Origin: Zootoca vivipara
Lineage: Eukaryota
DNA: 64,000 nucleotides
Direction: 5' to 3'
Assembly: GCF_963506605.1 (NCBI RefSeq)
Contig: NC_083278.1
Location: 73,718,001-73,782,000, forward strand
The position numbers and the translations under genes were made by a program. The notes beneath the pieces were generated by a model. It saw only the letters and a list, made by a program, of their open reading frames with translations, searched no databases and was not told the origin of the DNA. This document shows positions 49,846 through 63,298 of this stretch, one piece after another. How positions within the stretch are numbered: position 1 is the stretch's first letter; each line of letters starts with the position of its first letter.

Positions 49846-50220
49846 GGGGATGTGGATGGCGATGTAGTCTAAACCACTGAGCCTCTTGGGCTTGCCAACT
49901 GGAAGGTTGGCGGTTCAAATCCGCACAATGGTGGTGAGCTCCCATTGCTCTGTCCCAGCTTCTGCCAACCTAGCAGTTCAAAAGCACACTAGTGCAAGTA
50001 GATAAATAGGGACCACTGCAGCTGGAAGGTAAACAGCATTTCCAAGCACTCTGGCACTCCTCATGGTGTCCCGTTGCACCAGAAGCAGTTTAGTCATGCT
50101 GGCCACATGACCTGGAAAGTTGTCTGTGGACAAACGCCGGCTCCCTCAACCTGGAGATGAGCGCCACACCCCATTGTCGCCTTCGACTGGACTTAACCAT
50201 CCAGGGGTTCTTTACCTTTA
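49846..50220 (+). mobile_element. Sauria SINE
   Basis: gtagtctaaaccactgagcctcttgggcttgcc ... tttaccttta. Confidence 0.9.
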
Positions 50221-50461
50221 TAAAAAAAAAGGCACGTACATCACCAGCACTCTTCTTGCTCACAGAGAGCAGCTCTTGGCACCTCTCCTCTGCTCAAAAT
50301 GGGAGGTTGGGTGCCACACCCTGGCATCCAGTCAAATGGATGGAGGGTATTCAATGTAAAATTGACGAGCCAGGGCAAACAGGAACTGAGCAGGAAGAGT
50401 CTCTCGTGCATTATGGAGTTTTAAGGGATATTTATAGAGACTTATCCACCATAAGGAGGTA

Positions 50462-50639
50462 CAGTCATACCTTGGTTTAAGTACGCTTCTGTTTAAGTAC
50501 TTTCAATTTAAGTACTCCGCAGACCGGATTAATCCACTTTCCATTACTTTCAATGGGAAAGTTCGCTTCAGGTTAAGTACACTTCAGGTTAAGTACAGAC
50601 TTCCAGAACCAATTGTGTACCTAAACTGAGGTACCACTG
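50462..50639. mobile_element. Tc1/mariner MITE (short form of the 11856 family)
   Basis: TA|CAGTCATACCTTGG ... GAGGTACCACTG|TA. Confidence 0.8.
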
Positions 50640-52883
50640 TACTTCTGGACAAATGGACGCCCCCAGGCACTGCATTAAGTCAAACTATGGTTTTTTGTGA
50701 ACACACAAACACTGGGAAACTGCAACTGCTTTGTTTCTCCCCATGCAGGGCTAAATCACAGCTGGGCTCAGGATGTTGCCCAAAACTGGGCTTGTGCTTT
50801 AGCTTTTTCCAGACTAACTAAAGTTTGTCCTATGATTTATAGCTTATGGGTTGTGCAGGACAGCTAAGTCATGAGTGCAGTGCGATAGCAGAATAATCAG
50901 GGAGGAACAAAGAGATCATCATTTTACCTCTAGGAGTCCATACGCTTGTGCTAAGCCATGACTTACCATGATGAGTGAGCCAGGCCTCTGCTTATTCTGG
51001 CTATCCCCTGGAGCAGCTATTTTAATTTGCCACCATTGCCTTGGATTTGGAAGGATGTAAACTGCAGTTTTAGCTATGAAGACATCCATCCTTTAAGAAG
51101 GGAAGGCCACCATCTAATTCCTAGTGATGGGCATTAACATTTAAGTCAGCTTAGTCCCTGTAGAATCAGCGATACAAAAATATATATTTGTTATTGTAAC
51201 TGGGCTGTACGTCAGGCAAATGTAGGAATTTATTCAGGCCAAACTCAGCCTCAAGCTGCTTTCAGTGCCAGAACTCAGTCAAAGAATAAACATCACTTTA
51301 CTACGCAGTTTTTTCTGGACAAGCTTAAGAGTATCTATCTTATAGCCAGCCCCTATGTCAGGAAAGGGAAATATCTGGGCCCTCATTTGCTGTTGGACTA
51401 TAATTTCTATTATGCTTGACCATTGACCATGCTAGCTAGGGGGTTGATGGGAATTGGAGTCCAACCACAGGTTCCTCCAGGCCTCCCACCCCCATCTCTT
51501 ACCTATGTGTTGGGATTAGGGGTCAAATCTCTCAGATCAGAAGGTATAATTTTAGGGTACTTACTTTGGGTAAAGGCAGGTTTAGCTGTGAACACTAATT
51601 CTTTTAATCGATCAAATTTAACCCCCCCCCCCCAGCCTGCCAATGCATTGGCTAAATGCTGACTATAAACCATTTTAAAGTGCCACAAAATGCAGCAAAT
51701 TTTTCATTTCTTCTTAAAGTGGTGTATGGCAATTATTGGCAGGGAAGGCAGGAGGCAGAAAGTCAAGAAACAGAAAAAAGGGAGGAGTTTCATTTTCACT
51801 TCCATTTATCAGAACCTGCTGGAAATAAAGCACAGCTTTGAGGGCTTTTCGTTTATTTTTCTTATTGTTTCACCAGTTTTCTTTCAGCTGAACAAAACAA
51901 CTTTTTAAAAGTAAATCTCTTTTCACTCATCATTTCTTCCTTTCAGTGTTGCTGGGACTATTTGGAGACGATGAAGGTGATGATGAAGTGAGGGAGCCAA
52001 ACGGCCAGAAAAAACAAACAAGCCCTTGTCTCAATTCTCACCTCTCAGCGGTACAGCCCAAGTTGCCTCAAACGTACAAGGAGAACAAATGGGGAAGCCA
52101 TTTTTAAAACTGTTTATTTAGCAATTATTCTGATTTGTTTGTGAAGAGGTTATACTACATCACATTAAGCAATTGCTATTGCGTGCTTTCCAGTGCATTT
52201 TCCCACTACTTTCCTTATTGCCAACAAGTCCATTGTGGTGGTGGTGGGGTTTGGGAATGGGAGTGTCAAATTTACTTTAATTGCTCGCTGTCAATTTGCC
52301 TGTACGTGATTGAATCCAACCTGCAAAAGAGCAAAGCTCTGGAAGAATCCCAAGACAACCTACTCAAATGAAGGCAATCTGCCCAGAGAAGCAGCCTTCA
52401 GTATCAGGGACCACAAATGTAAATTAGTTCCATATGCCAATATGCATCCAAATGCAAAAGTCATGTCTTCAACTGAAGCATCACTTTTAACACATTTAGA
52501 TGTGCGTTCTACTCCATATCCAAACGGGAAAGCACATCTAAATGTTTGTTCCAGTGAAAGCAACAGGCTTCCTCATTCAAATATGCCTCCTTACATTACA
52601 TTACAGTCCCCAAGAAGTACACAGAAGTCTGCTTCCACATGCAGATTGCCTTCTCTGGATCTGGGCAACAGCATAACATTTTGGAAAGGCACATAGCGCC
52701 GCATGTAACGTATGCCCTGATAATGAATTCACTTTGGCATATCTGGAGCTTAGCAGCGTGCTGAGATTTCTCATAGGTCTCAGGTGCTCATTTAGCACAT
52801 GCAGCCTCCACAGAAACATCAGGCCTAGGCCAATCATCTGGCAGACCACACAGCAGACTAGAGAGAAACTTTGGGAGACCTGT

Positions 52884-53240
52884 AAGGTAAAGGGACCCCT
52901 GACTGTTAAGTCCAGTTGCAGACAACTTTGGGGTTGCGGTGCTCATCTCGCTCTATAGGCCGAGGGAGCCGGTGTTTGTCTGCAGACAGCTTCCAGGTCA
53001 TGGGGCCAGCATGACTAAGCCACTTCTGGTGAACCAGAGCAGCGCATGGAAACGCCATTTACCTTCCCGCCAGAGCAGTACCTATTTATCTACTTGCACT
53101 TTGATGTGCTTCCGAACTGCTAGGTTGGCAGGAGCAGGGACCGAACAACAGGAGCTCACCCCATTGCGGGGATTCGATCTGCCGACCTTCTGATCGGCAA
53201 GCCGTAGGCTCTATGGTTTAGACCACAGCACTACCCGCGT
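52884..53240 (-). mobile_element. Sauria SINE
   Basis: aaggtaaagggacccctgac ... tttagaccacagcactacccgcgt. Confidence 0.9.
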
Positions 53241-53559
53241 GCAGGAAGAACTGTGGGAGCAGTCAAATTCTGCAGAGAGCAAGGACATGAATCATACTTT
53301 TTGGAGTGGGGTGCTGGCTTTCACACTTTGTGCTGAGACTGCAATCAGAAGCAAACATGCCAAGAAATATTTCCTGTTGAACTCAGTAAGACTGACTTCT
53401 GAGATTATGGAATTATGGAGCTGGAAGTGACATCAAACGTAGTCTAGTTCAACTCTATGCCATAAGAAATGCACAACAATATCCCTGATGGGTTACCATC
53501 CTGCCTCTGCATGTTTAGGATTAGGACGTAAAGCGTACAGTTGGTCTTCATGTTGGCCC

Positions 53560-54170
53560 AAGGGGTGGGAACCCTGGACTTAATCCTGAGTGGTGCCCAG
53601 AATCTTGTGCAAGAGGCAAGTCTTGTCAAGCCATTTGGGAGCAGTGACCGTCTGGAATTGTCCAGAAAATTCAACACAGTCACATTTGCCTTCAAAAGAA
53701 ACTTCCCCAACAATAGGGGACTGGTAAAAAGGAAACTGAAAGGCAAAGTCAGAAGGGTCGAATCACTCCAAAATGTTTGGCAGTTGTATAAAGACACAAT
53801 ATCAAGCTCAACTGGACTGTATATTGCAGATCGGTAAAGGTGCTACAAGGGCCAAGTATATGCTGGTGTGGCTACTCAGCAATCAAAACAGCTTTTAGAG
53901 GCAACAATGCTTCCTTGAGAAAGATGAACACAAACTTTCTTTTGGGGGGAGAGGGGGCACAGGTAGACAGTATGGTGTGCAAAAAGAAAAGAAAAGAAAG
54001 AATTTGAGCACATTGCTGAAAATATTAGACCAACAAGAAGTTTCTTAAATGCAGTAGAAACAGAAGGCCCTGGCTAGGGAAGCAGCTGGACCCTTGGAAG
54101 ACAAGGGAGCCAGAGGTGTGTAAAGGAGGGGAAGGGGATTGCAGAGCAGCTGAATGAATTCTTCGCACTC
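53560..54170 (+). mobile_element. Old CR1 ORF2 fragment (end of endonuclease and linker)
   Basis: TLDLILSGAQNLVQEASLVKPFGSSD; downstream AEQLNEFFA-like sequence. Confidence 0.65.
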
Positions 54171-56829
54171 AGATCCTGCTTGCATGCTTCCCACAGGCAT
54201 CTGGTTAGCCACTGTGAGTTGAGTACAAGTTGTCAGAATAGATGGGCCATTGGCCTCCATCTGATCATTTCTGATGTGGAAAAAGACAGTGAGGTTGGAT
54301 CCAGGCTTAGTCTGCAATCCAGCCCCTCTTCAAACTCGGATATGTGTGAATTGGGTGCTGAGGCTTCCTCTGCCAACCCTGCTGGCCCCTGTCTGCAGTG
54401 ACACCAATGTAATTCCACAAGCACAGGACTCCCCATTTCGCATGACAAACAAATGCAGTTGCCAAAGCAGGACATTGCTGGGGGTGGGGGGTGGGGAGAT
54501 AAGTCAGTCTAGAACAGCTGGATCCCAAGATGTCCCTACCAATGTCACTTGACAGTGCCCCAAACACTGCAGGAGCTCCAAGCTATTCCTCACCTTCCAC
54601 CCGAAAATGAGCAACAGGGCTGTGGAGACATTGGTGGTTCCACTGCTTTGTCAGCCCTGCTGCTGCCCGGCTGGAGTGCACATGTTTTGTTAGTCATGCT
54701 TAGAATGGACTTGTTGAAATCAATGACATTACTCTTAGGTATGATTTAAGTCTGGCTCCAACGCAGTGTTTGAATCAGCGATATACGGATAATAGACATG
54801 AAAAGATTCTGCATAATTCAGGAAGCATTGCAACTACATAAAGTACTTTACTTCTCAGCATGTGATTATCTGGAGAATCAAAAGGCAAACACATGCATGT
54901 GTAAACCAGATACAGGAGGAAGGGAATCTCATGCAAACATGCTTTTTGAACTGATGCCTGAAAGTGGCTATCATATTGAATAGAGGAGGCTATGGAGGGA
55001 TGGTGCCTGAGTTTGAGAGTGTTCCGATGTTTGATTGTTTAAAATAAATATTTATTTGGCTATGCAATATTACAAGTATTTAAGAATTTATTTATTTTTT
55101 AAAATATTATGAGAAAGCAAAAGACAAATTGCTATTTCAATAGTTTATAGATGCTTTCAATCTTAATGGATTGTTTTCAGAAACTGTTACTATAAATGTA
55201 ATACGGTTATATTATGTACAAAAGGGAGAAACCAAATCCTAACAAATACATTCTAGCTTAAAATAAATCTCATACTAGTAAAGTGTTCCTGTCCTGCATT
55301 GTGCATTTAATCCTCTAAACTGTATTAAAAGCACAAGCTTTACCATGCATCATAATACAGACCACAGGCTACTCAGCATGTGAACCTTGGGCATTTCCCC
55401 ATGATTTAAGTATTTTAAAAGTAATCATTAATACGTGCAATACTGTGTCATCTTTGGGGGAAGAGTAATTCATTCTATAAACCAGAAAGGGAGTACAGTA
55501 TGTGCTTATTTCTAGCCTCTTCCCACAATGAAAGGGCACTGCTCCCTCCCTGTCATGGAGGGAAGGGAGGCCATATCTGGACTGTACAGCACATGCTCTG
55601 TATTCTCTCCAGGCTGCTTGAGTGCACAACTCTTGTTTTAGGCAGCACAGATTCCAGCTCACTGAGATGTGTTACATTAATCCTAACAAACAAGACGAAG
55701 CCAAGTCAAATCTGGTACATTGGCTTGAACTGTTGACAACAGCAATCTTCCTGTCTGCAAACTAAGTGCCATACGTGAATTATTCACTCCAAATAATTCA
55801 AACCCCAAGTGTTTAAGTCTTGGGTGAAGCCCAAAACACAATCAGATTAAGGATAAATCAGTGAGTTTGAAGGGGAAAGATGGTTTTGGAATAGTTTTAA
55901 TTTCCATTCTGATTGTTTGATATTTGGAACAGTTCATTAACTTTTTCAAGCATTCTCTATGCAAGAATGAGTAATAAAAACACACGTAGTTCTCATGAAA
56001 GTTCATGTGCTCAGAAAACCAGTCTGTTACAATGACTGAGTTATTTTGCAGGGGGGGGGGGAAGAGTTGAATTTGACATTTTATGTTCAATGGGGCTACA
56101 TCTGTGGATGCTCCTTTTTCTTGACAAAACCTCCCCAAAAGGATATTCATCTTCCTCTTCTGATGAGGATGGCTTAAAATCACAAAAGCTTGGGCCCAGA
56201 TTTATCTTGATTTTGAACACTGCCTGCATACTTTCAGTGCTTTTATCAATGAAAGCAGAGCTAGCTAAAGCGATCACTCAAAACAAAAATTAAAGTCGAA
56301 CACAAATCCTATAATTTCATGTTGCAGTGGAGATGATTTCTCTTGTACAGCAAAAAAGATAGCACATATTCCAAAGCCTGCAGCTAAAGAAATACATGCA
56401 TCCATATGTAAACAACGGTCGTCCCCTTTGAAATCCCACTCACCCCCCTCTTCCAACACTTGCAACATTTAACATTAAAAAAACAGCACAAAAGGGGGAA
56501 GCATGTATAGGAAATGCAAAAACAAACAAATCTAAAACCCTGAGGGGCATTCAAGCAAAATTACAAATTCATCCCGTTTATTTCCGCTAGATATTGATCA
56601 GCATGTGCTCACACTGAAGACAACAACCCAAAAGCAATTTAAGGTGCTTATATTTGTCTGGATTGTGCCCCTCAAGTCAGGAGACCAAGGAAGGGGTAGG
56701 GGGGACGGACGCCAGATTTTTTTCCACTGGTATCTCAGAATGCTAAAAACTATTTTTGCTCTAAGCGAACGGCTGCTTAAACATTAACATTAAGACAAAA
56801 TGAGGCGCTCAAGACAATGAAACCCGTTC

Positions 56830-57750
56830 TGCTGCCGCGGATACTGCGCCGTTGCTGGTACAAGCCTCCACCTGCGGCAACGGCCTGCTGTCTAGTAGCT
56901 CCCAGCATTAACACGTCTCTTGGCGGGGGTTGGACTAGATGACCCCTGGGAATCCCTTCCGACACCGATACGGCCTGGAGAGCTTGATCGCAGGAGATTC
57001 CCAGAGGGCTTTGCGGCCGCGGCGTACAGAAGCAGCGATGGCCGCCGGTCGCTAGACAACGGCTTCCATAGAGATAATTATACGCGGAGGCTGGCGCGCA
57101 CGCGCGCGTGTCGCCTCGCTGTTTTTCCCCCCCTCCGGTCTCGTGAGAGCTGTCGACTGTGAGCCGGGATGGAGGACGGCGACGGTTGCGAGGAGAGCCT
57201 GTTCTCGCTGGAGCTGCTGGTGGAGTCGGCTCGCGTGGAGCCGCGGCTGCTGCCGACGCCCATGCCGGCCAGCAGGCCCTTCCGGCCGGCGGTGGCGCTG
57301 CGGCTGCTGGACTTCCCGACCCTCCTGGTGCGCGCCCCGCACTCGGTGCCGGGCCCGCTGGTGCCCTTCGGCCGGGGCAAGTCGTGCCTCTTCCGGCTGC
57401 GGCCGGGCGCCCTCAAGGGTCTCCTGAGGCGCTCCCCGCTCTACGCGCTGTTACTGGCGCTGCCGCCGGGACAAGGCCCCGCCCGCCTGCTGGGCACCTC
57501 CAGCGTCTCCCTGGCGGCCGCCGCCGAGGAGCTGCTGATGGGGAGCGGCCCCGGAGGACGAAGGGGGCAGTTTCCGCTGAGGGACCTGATGGGAGAGCCG
57601 GTGGGAGAACTGGGCCTGAGCTACCGCCTGAGCAACTTGGGGCCCTGCCTGCTGGGGCACTTGGGGCAGGGGGCGGCCCCCGGGGAGCCCCACATCGAGG
57701 AGCGGCACAGACCTCCACCTCGTCCGTCGAGCGTCCACAGCGACAGAGGG
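56830..57750 (+). promoter_or_regulatory. MAP10 CpG-island promoter and 5' CDS
   Basis: CpG-dense; NRF1-like gcgcgcacgcgc ~57094-57105; TCTCGTGAGA (57139-57148), one mismatch from TCTCGCGAGA; Kozak gggATGG. Confidence 0.75.
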
Positions 57751-59742
57751 ATCAACCTGGAGCTCATCCCAGAGGGAGAAGAAGACCAGCAGGACCCTGC
57801 CCCAGAAGGTGGCAGCACGGAGTCCTTAAGCAGCACCCTTACGGAAAAACAGCCCCCCAGCCTTGCTGTGCAGAAAGCAGCCCAAGAGTTGGAGATTTTG
57901 ACCAACATCTTCTGCCCCCCGCCAATGTACTATAGCCACCCGGCTGAAAATTCTTGCTCCACGCCGAAAGCTGCGGCATCAGGGATGGTGTCGGTGGCTG
58001 CACCTCGTGAACCTTTTCCCGAAGAAGAAATCGTCTTTCCCTCTGCAGAGCCTATTAAGGAGGAGCCTTTGAGTAGCGTCCCGGAGCCTCCCTTGGCATC
58101 TCCAGCGCTTAGTAGCCATGATCAGCTCAGACAAACCTTGAGCCAGCTGCCTCTGCTGAATGCTTTGTTGGTGGAACTGTCCCTGCTGAGTAACCAGTCG
58201 CTGCAGCCAGGGCCGTCTACTGTGCACCCTCAGTTAGCATGGCTATACCAAAATGTAGCAGATGGTACAAAAGCCCCACCCTCAAGTGTCAAGAGTTTAT
58301 GCCCCTTCCGGGAATATAAAAAACCCTCTCTTAATCATAAAGACAGAGGAAGGTCTGCTAGCCCAAAGTTAAAAAGAAATCGCCCAGATCATTTAAAATG
58401 CATGTATCCCTCCATGCAAGTTACGAACCCTGGTAAAGGATTCCCAAAAATGGAAAGAAGTGGCAATCTTGAGAAAAACAATACCAAGGAAAACTCTTCC
58501 CCTAGACGAAGGCTTACGTATGGGCTAACAAATACTCTAAAACTTCGTTTGCTGCGCTCCAATCCAGTCATGTTGAAAGTGCATGAAAAAAGGGAACATC
58601 GTAGAAAAAAGCAAGGAGACATCACCATTGAAAGGAAAAGCAAAAGCTCTTCAAATAAAGGGAAACTATTGCGGAGCTCTCCCGAGCGCCATTCAAAGTC
58701 TTCTGGACAATTTGATGAAAAAAGCATCTCTGAAGAAAATGCTCAAATAAATGAAAATGTTGAGACTCTAATACAAAGCAGTACTGACCAAGATTACTCT
58801 GCCCCCATAAAGGGACTAACCTGTGATCTCAAAAAAAAAGTTGCAGCCCGCCGTGTAAAGAGTCATGAAAATGCAAAACACAAGAGCTTTCCTGAAAGTA
58901 TTGGCTCTTCTTATAAAGAAAAGAGTTTGAAAGTCCATCTGCCGAGAGTCTGTTTGCAGGATACTAATGCCCTTGAAAGTAAAATTGATACAGAAGAAGA
59001 AAAATATGTACTGAAAAATAATTGGGATGTTTCAAGCCTTCGTAATGATAGCCAAAGAAACAACTTTGAAAGCAGCCATGGACTTAAGAATTCAAGTGAT
59101 GTGGTTCTTAGCTCTGAAAATGTAGCCTATTCAGAAGATTTCACCAATGCTGACAGTTCATGTACAGCCTTAGAAGCTCAAGAGAACAGCTCTGAACCTT
59201 TGCTAATAAACCCAAATCAAAGCCAGTCTGTTATGGACTCAGATTCTAAAATGTCTGAAAGAAGTTTGACCTCTGAAAGCATTTCACCCCCTGTTCCAGT
59301 TCCCTCAGATAAATCTCCTATCCAATCTCTTAAAAAGACCTATTATTCAAAATTTAATGAAAAAACCACAGGTGTTGCTCTTCATGAATTTGATCATGAT
59401 TCTCCTTCTGCAAGAGTTTCAAAAGAGGAACCTGCAGCTCAGCGGGTCAACAAGGAAGAGAGCAAAGATATGCAGACCTTGGGGGAGGAACAAATTCCCT
59501 CTGAGATAAATAATAGTGTAGAAAAAGACGAATCATCTGTGGAAAAGAGCCAGTCAATAAGGACATCTCAAGTTAGCTCTTACTTGCCCTCCAGTGTGTC
59601 TGATGTTGATCTTAGTGGGTTAGAAGAAAGCAATCCATCTGAAAAAGAAAAAGATGATAATTTTGAGATGGAGGATATTACTAATCAATATAGACACATC
59701 AGTGAATTAGTAGTAAACAAGCTTCCAGGATACACAATGTAA
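57169..59742 (+). CDS. MAP10: Microtubule-associated protein 10 (KIAA1383/MTR120), single coding exon, 857 aa
   Basis: N-terminal LFSLELLVE..AVALRLLDFPTLLV..FGRGKSCLFRL (DUF4497-type region), VHPQLAWLY (HPHLAWLY motif), LTYGLTNTLKLRL, YSEDF, C-terminal ELVVNKLPGYTM; uninterrupted ORF. Confidence 0.95.
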   Translation: MEDGDGCEESLFSLELLVESARVEPRLLPTPMPASRPFRPAVALRLLDFPTLLVRAPHSVPGPLVPFGRGKSCLFRLRPGALKGLLRRSPLYALLLALPPGQGPARLLGTSSVSLAAAAEELLMGSGPGGRRGQFPLRDLMGEPVGELGLSYRLSNLGPCLLGHLGQGAAPGEPHIEERHRPPPRPSSVHSDRGINLELIPEGEEDQQDPAPEGGSTESLSSTLTEKQPPSLAVQKAAQELEILTNIFCPPPMYYSHPAENSCSTPKAAASGMVSVAAPREPFPEEEIVFPSAEPIKEEPLSSVPEPPLASPALSSHDQLRQTLSQLPLLNALLVELSLLSNQSLQPGPSTVHPQLAWLYQNVADGTKAPPSSVKSLCPFREYKKPSLNHKDRGRSASPKLKRNRPDHLKCMYPSMQVTNPGKGFPKMERSGNLEKNNTKENSSPRRRLTYGLTNTLKLRLLRSNPVMLKVHEKREHRRKKQGDITIERKSKSSSNKGKLLRSSPERHSKSSGQFDEKSISEENAQINENVETLIQSSTDQDYSAPIKGLTCDLKKKVAARRVKSHENAKHKSFPESIGSSYKEKSLKVHLPRVCLQDTNALESKIDTEEEKYVLKNNWDVSSLRNDSQRNNFESSHGLKNSSDVVLSSENVAYSEDFTNADSSCTALEAQENSSEPLLINPNQSQSVMDSDSKMSERSLTSESISPPVPVPSDKSPIQSLKKTYYSKFNEKTTGVALHEFDHDSPSARVSKEEPAAQRVNKEESKDMQTLGEEQIPSEINNSVEKDESSVEKSQSIRTSQVSSYLPSSVSDVDLSGLEESNPSEKEKDDNFEMEDITNQYRHISELVVNKLPGYTM

Positions 59743-62700
59743 TTACCAATAATAATGACCAGATCAAAGTGAAAATGTCTTTATTTTTATATGCTAAGTT
59801 TGCAAGTATTATGACTGTTTTTCACAAATGCAATTTTTATTTTATAAGCGATATATATAAAAAATGTACCATTGGTATTTTTAGGTGAGCCATCCAGAGC
59901 ATGCATGATTAACTCTGCAACTGTTTGGATTTTAGGCCAGTGCTCCTGCCACACACGTACACAATGGTGAGCTGCTTTTGAAACACAAGCAAGTTTCAAA
60001 AACTTTTGGGAGAAGACTGCCATTCAAATATACATTTTTGTGTTTCCAGTGAGTATTTGGGTGCATGCAGAATTCCTATCTGATGGCCGATGTTTCCCAT
60101 TTTTAGCAGTTTCCTCTCATTGCAAGTAGATACTGGGATCTTTGATTTGTATCAAGACTGGCATGGGGTAAAGGATTGACACTCCCCACCCCACTTCATT
60201 TTAGAAAAATGCAAGGCTACGTAACCTTATGTCGTGTCCAGTTTGGACCTAAGTATAAGAAGTGGAATAGCATTGCTGCCATGTGCCACATTTGGCCTCT
60301 GCCATGCTAGTGCTAAATATTATTTTTAAAGAGAATCTGGGCTTTTATGCCAAAAGGCAGATCTAACATGTAGCAATGGCTGCACTCAACAATTCATTCT
60401 CTGGAAAAAAAATTCAGCCTGATCAATGTTGATCAAGTCAGTAATATGAATAAGTAAAAAACGCTTTTTGATATTGTTTTACTGCAGCACCACTTGAATG
60501 CCATGTGATTGTGCAGTGGTTCTACCATCCTAGCTAATGTCCATTAATTGTTCAGTGATCAAAACAATTTGTATACAAGTCCTCAGACACACTTTCAATT
60601 CAAATAGAACAGTCTAATTCTTAAATTAATTTCAGAAGGGGGAAACAGTTAAAATGAGATGAACAGGAGCACTCTCACATTTATTTTTAACTGATATATG
60701 AGAGACAAGGAAATTCCAAACTGACTGTTTATTGTGCAGTCACACTGATAGGGTTGCATGAAACTTGTGTGGAGGCTATATGATGCCACCAGTTTATGGA
60801 GAATTCATCCTGATATGTTAGCGCAGTGCTTATATGACATTGCCAGCTTGTGATCGTTATCTTTCATTTTCCAGGGCAATTTCCCTCACTTTTATTGGAC
60901 TTTTTGCAGTGAGAAAAGTAACACAATAATTACCCTAGAAAGTGTGGGATAATAACTAACTTTTGCAAAGATAAATAGCCTGTTTGGAAGCACGCTGGGT
61001 GTTGTGCATCAGTGGTACTGATTTTTGTTAAGGATGGGATATAAATGCCTTAAGTAAATAATACTAGTAAGACCAAGTTCATATAAGTTTTAGGGTAGAT
61101 GTGTTTTGTCTCAATTAAGAGCCAAGTCCTGTTTCTGTTACAGTGCAAGTTCATATTGTGGCTGCCCCTAAAATCATGTCAGATCTTATTTCATAAATGC
61201 AAAGGATCTTATTCTACCGCCTGCCAAGTGTACCTGGAAAGGGTAGATTTAAGAGTTTCCTACTCTTTTGTGTGAAAGTACCATAAAGAACCTTTGATAA
61301 GCAGTGGATTGAGATCAAGAATGAAACAAGATTATGTGCTGGGGTTCCATAGGATTGGGCTCTTAGTGCATCAGTACCAGAAGTGAGTGTCTTGTTATAG
61401 ACAAATGCTACTTTAGTTTCATTAGCATAAACATTGCATTCATAATGTCAGAAGAAATGGTACAGTATACTGAGACCTTTGGGTATAGAAATAAAATAAA
61501 TAATAATAAATACAGTAGTATGTAGAAGGTTTGATTCAATTCAGTGTCCTATTTTAGAGTACTACAGGACAATTTGAAGTGAATCAGGATCAGAAAGGAA
61601 AACAAATGCAGAATTTATAGGGTGTGTTTAGGACAAAACTGGGTTTGGGACACCATAGAACAAAATATAGAAAACGCAAATGAAATTCAATTGCAGGAAG
61701 GAAGATTTCATTTAAGTTGGAGAGGGGGCAAATTAAATTGAGGGTGTTATGGGAGACAGTATTCTCAAACTATGCATAGTAAGTTTCCATGAATGATGAA
61801 AAAAGCTCATCCTCTCAATAATAATATAGACTAAACACAGATATTTTGAATGGCTCTGCTCACTCTTGTCACTGGAAGAGCAATAATCCAGAAAAGCCAA
61901 TGTACTAAAAAGTGAGGCAGTTTTTCTGTGAGTGCATGCGCAGGAGGGAAGGGAGGAATATTGACTTCATAAGAACACACAAATTGCAGCTTTAACATCT
62001 CTGCCTTTTCAGAGAAACCTACCTCTCACCTGAGAAATCTAGCCAGAGGCAAGTTGTGGACTCCCCTGTATCAGATTTTTTTGAGAATGTAATTGTTTGA
62101 ATTTAAAATTTAAAGCTTTAGCCCTGTTCATTTACAATTTAAGGATTCTATCCTATTTAGGCAGACATATGTACTTGTGAACTAAGACTTCACTTTTCTA
62201 TCTTTGCATCGTTTCAGAATAGTTCTGGAGCTGCCCAGTCACAAAGAGGAGACTAGGCCACACACAAACTTCAACATACTCAACCAGGCCTTTGTGTTGG
62301 AGCTTCATATTTATAGATTTATAGAATCCTGCTTTAGAGCAGTGGCTTGATTGGGAAAAGTTCTGAAGTTCCCTTTTGCCCTTCTCTTTTTTTTCAAATG
62401 TTCCTGTCCAATTAATTCCTCATTGTCTGCTATTGTGATCTGAAAGTTTATTGGGTACAACTCACTCAGATGCTGAGATGTTTCCACAGGATGTTAATCT
62501 TGTTTCACCAAGACAGCAGTTCATATAATAATATTCTGATTATATTTAGTGTTAATATATATTTAGTATTAAGTTGCATTTTTAAATGTGTTATTAAATA
62601 ACAATTCTCAATATTTTACCCAAAATTGAAAAATTTCTTTACAGTAATTGTATTTTTCCTAGTTTCAAAATGTAATGATAGAATGAAATATATTTTCTTT

Positions 62701-62955
62701 GTTATACAATATTTGTTACTGCCTTGGATTTGGTTCATTCAGAGAAAAATTAAAATAATTTACAGTTGGTTCTGAAAACATCAGTTATTTTAAACTCTCG
62801 GTTATTTAAAACATACTACCGTATTTAACATTTTTCAAACTCTGTGCTGGAAAACTCTCAGTTTGTTGAAGCCCAGTATAGCACTTCCCACACCACTATA
62901 AAGGATTCTCAAACGCTCAAGAGCAGTTTTTTGGGGGGGGTATAGGGGGAATAAG

Positions 62956-63298
62956 GGGACACAGGTGGTGCTGTGGTCTAAACCACCAGGCCTCTTGGGC
63001 TTGCCAATCACATGGTCGGCAGTTCAAATCTGCACGATGGGGGTGACCTCCTGTTGCCCTGTCCCTGCTCCTGCCATCCTAGCACGAGTAGATAATAGGT
63101 ACCACTGCGGTGGTACGGTAAACGGTGTTTCCATGCACACTGGCTTCCATCACGGTGTCACATTGCACCAGAAGCAGTTTAGTCATGCTGGCCACATGAC
63201 CTGGAAATCTGTCTGTGGACAAACGCTGGCTCCCTTGATCCCATACTCTTAATTTGACTGGACTTAACTGTCCAGGAGTCCTTTACCTTTTACTTTTA
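62956..63298 (+). mobile_element. Sauria SINE
   Basis: gggacacaggtggtgctgtggtctaaaccacc ... ctttacctttt. Confidence 0.9.

Noticed and set aside
57052-58727. Alternative-frame and antisense ORFs over MAP10
   Set aside because: Shadow ORFs caused by high GC content
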